A DNA stretch of 63,527 nucleotides, filler included, from Reticulomyxa filosa (lineage: Eukaryota > Protista > Foraminifera), in NCBI GenBank assembly GCA_000512085.1. It is 17 parts of 17 records of this genome, joined end to end, with 100 filler letters (N's around TTAATTAATTAA, not from the genome) between each part and the next. Parts side by side here need not be neighbours in the genome. Positions count along the whole stretch, not along the records: positions 56,008 to 62,409 come from ASPP01005737.1; positions 62,510 to 63,527 come from ASPP01043685.1; 15 more parts are not named here. One strand, 5' to 3'. Positions within the stretch are counted from its first letter, which is position 1. Each line of letters starts with the position of its first letter. Below are positions 60,984 to 63,527 of this stretch, in pieces. The position numbers were made by a program, and so were the translations under genes. The notes beneath the pieces were generated by a model that was given only the letters and a program-made list of their open reading frames with translations, did no database searches and was not told where the DNA came from.

Positions 60984-63527
60984 TTCGTTTTAATAATTAC
61001 TTCGAACTTAACAACAAACGTTGTTAGCAACTCTTTCCCTTTTTGGAAAGAGGGTAAACAGTATTCACAAACGTAAAAATAAAAAAAAATTGGATTGAAC
61101 TAGTTGTGTGAGATTTATATTATTTTATTTTTGTTAGAAATAGAAAAAAAAATGCTGCAACGAATATCTTTCTTTCAGTCAAAAGAAGAAATTTTTTAAG
61201 ATTGAGATTTTCAAAAATTTTATTTTTTACTTTGTATACCAATATATTTATCTAAACACTATGAATTCCACTTCGTAAGACAATGTAAATGTAATATCAC
61301 AGACAATGCATTTGTATTCGAATGCGACAATAAGAAATAAAATTGTATCACAAGTGTATTCGATAGATTAAAAAGTTCAAGAATCGCAGTATGACAAGGA
61401 GATATCAATTATGGAAAATCAATTAAATTTATGAATATGAAGTTTGCATTCTAAATGTATATCATGGCCAATATTCACACCAAAACGAATTACCAACGTG
61501 CTTACAAAATTTCAACATTCAATCAAGTCACTATTTGAGAAATAGATGAATAAATTGAAAAAACATTTATTCAATCTAATTCAAAATATAACTTTTTTTG
61601 CAAAAATTGATATTAATAAACTTTTTTAAAGTATTTTCAAAAAGTACTGTACTTCAACATATATTAAGTTTGAAGGAGACTTTGAAAGTCAAGTATTCCA
61701 ACGTCAAAAAAATAGACAAATTCATCATTATTTTCAACTTGACTAAAAAAGTTGTTTTTGAATCTTTGGAATTTTCTATTGAAAATTATTCGAATTTTAT
61801 TGTTGTTTGTAATGATTGACAATGAAGATAAAATGATTGAAAATGAATACGAAAGATAAATTTTTTTTTTAGAGCAGAATATTGTAATTGAATTCACCTC
61901 GTTCATCAACGAACATCTTACTAAAAAACATAACACATTACAATTATGATCAATAAACAATATTCCAAATGATTGCATCAAAGCCACATCACTTCGAAAT
62001 AGGCTGGGACAAAGAACATTATTTTAGTGATTTCTTGTAAAATGACTTCAAAATCTCTTCAATGCATTTGAGAATCATTGCAAGGTCAGGTCTATTGTAT
62101 TCTCCTCTGAGTGAACTTTAGGATCCTTTGGGATTAAGCACAAAAGAAATATGAATGTTGGAATCAAATTTCACAAACAACATTAAACAAATGCTGCCAT
62201 GACAAAACAAAAAGAAAATTTCTAAGATATTTTGTTGGCGTTTCCTGGCCTTGGGGGCCATCACCACAAGATTTCTTTTTCGTTCTTCTCCTGACCTTGA
62301 TCCCCCATGTTAAAATCCAACGATAACAGAATCTATATGATGTTGGCTCATTGAATCTGGTTGGTTTGAAAATTTTTAATTTTTTCAGGATCTTTTGATA
62401 TATTTCGAANNNNNNNNNNNNNNNNNNNNNNNNNNNNNNNNNNNNNNNNNNNNTTAATTAATTAANNNNNNNNNNNNNNNNNNNNNNNNNNNNNNNNNNN
62501 NNNNNNNNNCTTTTACGTCACTTGATAATTTGATTTACAAAAATATTATTTGTACAATGACTTAAGAAACAACAAGTTCAATCTGGTGAGTAATTGATTG
62601 TTCATTTCAAAAAACAGTAAAATGGAATTGTATTCACTTTACTTTCTGCCATTTTTTTTTACATTAAATAAAGTTTTTTGAAGCAAAATATGATTTATCA
62701 TCTTAAGAGACTTTTAATTATCTTTATTTTCATTCATTTGTGTATTTTTTGTTGTTCAATATTTGTTTTTGTTTCACTTGAATTTTGCTGTCTTTTGATT
62801 CGATATCTTTTTTAAATTTTTCCATCTCAACAAATATTGCTTTCTGTTTAATTATTATTATTAATTGCTTTTGATATTTTTGAATCAAATAAAAACAAAA
62901 AGAAAAACGCATTAAACCTGAGCAAAGCATAATTGTGGATTGTCGTTTCAAATGTGCAATCTCTTAATCATTTTTACCTTTCAATTGTTTCGAGGGCAAG
63001 TTCATCAATTTTGAGTGACTGGGAATATGTGGTGATTATTCATTCAATGCATTTGATTTAATATTACTTTTTACTTTGTTTGCACTTCAACGCATTGTAC
63101 ATTTCTTTGAATTGGATGACATGGACAATGCTTTACAATTATTAACATATTTCTCTCACAAAAAGAAAGACATAATTTATTATTATCACTGCAATATAAA
63201 TACTTCATATTTTCTTTGCAATCACTGTTTCTAATTTGATTACATTTTTAACATATCTTTTTAACAGATCTTTATTTTGATTAATATTTAAACCATTCCA
63301 TTAAAAATATGCAACTAACTATGAGTGAATCAAATCACTTTCATTCCTTGGATAAAATACATTTAATGAAATTATTTTCATCCATCAATTATTCACGCAC
63401 ACCAAAACAGATTCTGATGTTTTACATACATTTAAATAAATAAAATGAGTTTTTTGACAAACCACCAAATGTAAAATCCAAAGATCACGAACAAATAAAA
63501 GAAAAAAAAAAAAGGAAAACTATGAGC

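Noticed and set aside
62510-63527. Possible TRAF/RING-type coiled-coil pseudogene relic on the minus strand
   Set aside because: Too degraded to assign a family or boundaries.

Overview
This is not one continuous locus. It is a concatenation of 17 contigs or contig pieces joined by 16 identical artificial 100-nt spacers (N44-TTAATTAATTAA-N44), so adjacency across spacers has no biological meaning. Most contigs are AT-rich, intron-rich eukaryotic DNA. The divergent beta-tubulin, the decayed WD40/Kelch copies and the caspase-like-TPR and NACHT-HEAT genes suggest a foraminiferan, most likely Reticulomyxa filosa (inference). Recognisable eukaryotic genes are a GT47/exostosin glycosyltransferase, LETM1-like, a full ABCA transporter, axonemal dynein light chain p28-like, divergent beta-tubulin, NACHT-HEAT(-ankyrin), QTRT2, caspase-like-TPR, an RGS-domain protein, a TPC-like channel, a degenerate EF-1alpha-like GTPase and a double WRKY/FLYWCH-like zinc-finger protein. 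Two contigs are bacterial: an AT-rich, possibly Rickettsiales-like piece (34437-38122) and a GC-rich betaproteobacterial pyrG-kdsA-eno piece (54119-55907). The most striking observation is contig 6210-17114. It starts and ends with the same 44-bp sequence in perfect inverted orientation, terminates in TAACC/GGTTA, and encloses two apparently complete divergent genes with short outer flanks. This is the layout expected of a gene-sized linear chromosome or a TIR-bounded element.
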